Source: a virus | Lineage: Duplodnaviria; Caudoviricetes | Direction: 5' to 3' (one strand) | Virus record (IMG/VR): IMGVR_UViG_3300048999_000018 | Location: 1 to 53,223 of that record | DNA: 53,223 nt | The notes under the pieces: generated by a model | Seen by the model: only the letters and a program-made list of their open reading frames with translations | Database searches by the model: none | Told to the model about the DNA's origin: nothing | Made by a program: the position numbers and the translations under genes | Shown here: positions 53,128 to 53,223 of the stretch, piece by piece | Position numbering within the stretch: position 1 is the stretch's first letter | Layout: the number at the start of each line of letters is the position of its first letter

Positions 53128-53223
53128 AGTTTCAACTCCTTTCGGAGGGGTTCATGACAAGCGAAAGAGGGGTGGGTCAAGGGCGGGGAGACTTTCCCGG
53201 ACCTGCAAAGCAAAAACTTTCTC

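Noticed and set aside
1-53223. Integrase, repressor, reverse transcriptase/DGR, tRNA genes
   Set aside because: No such motifs recognised by eye; tRNAscan and HMM searches are needed to confirm absence

Overview
The window is an essentially complete (about 53 kb) genome of a tailed, siphovirus-type dsDNA phage, probably infecting an actinomycete. All credible genes lie on the minus strand, and no integrase, tRNA or CRISPR array was seen. In transcription order (high to low coordinates) it encodes: packaging, lysis and head genes (TerS-like, HNH, collagen-repeat protein, amidase endolysin with two CW_7 repeats, 2H-phosphoesterase fusion, TerL, portal, protease-major capsid fusion); a tail module with two tail-tube paralogues and a tape measure; a holin and an Acb2/Tad1-like protein; eight single-gene cassettes, each built as conserved promoter-like repeat + small (mostly membrane) ORF + conserved hairpin; a 1267-aa helicase-primase-exonuclease-PolB fusion; many small paralogous accessory genes; an SSB and an SF2 helicase; a palindromic putative origin; nucleases; and an 879-aa single-chain two-barrel RNA polymerase-like protein (DFDGD). 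From memory, the architecture resembles Lactococcus 1706-like / actinophage AU-AM-BI-DJ-type phages; this was not verified by search. The best candidate new system is a phage transcription circuit: the RNAP-like protein with a possible virion-targeting tag, nine TCGYR-N6-ACA-N5-TATAAT promoters, YTAAC-loop hairpins, and a structured intergenic RNA whose loop is complementary to the promoter repeat. All calls come from motif reading alone; no database searches were run.
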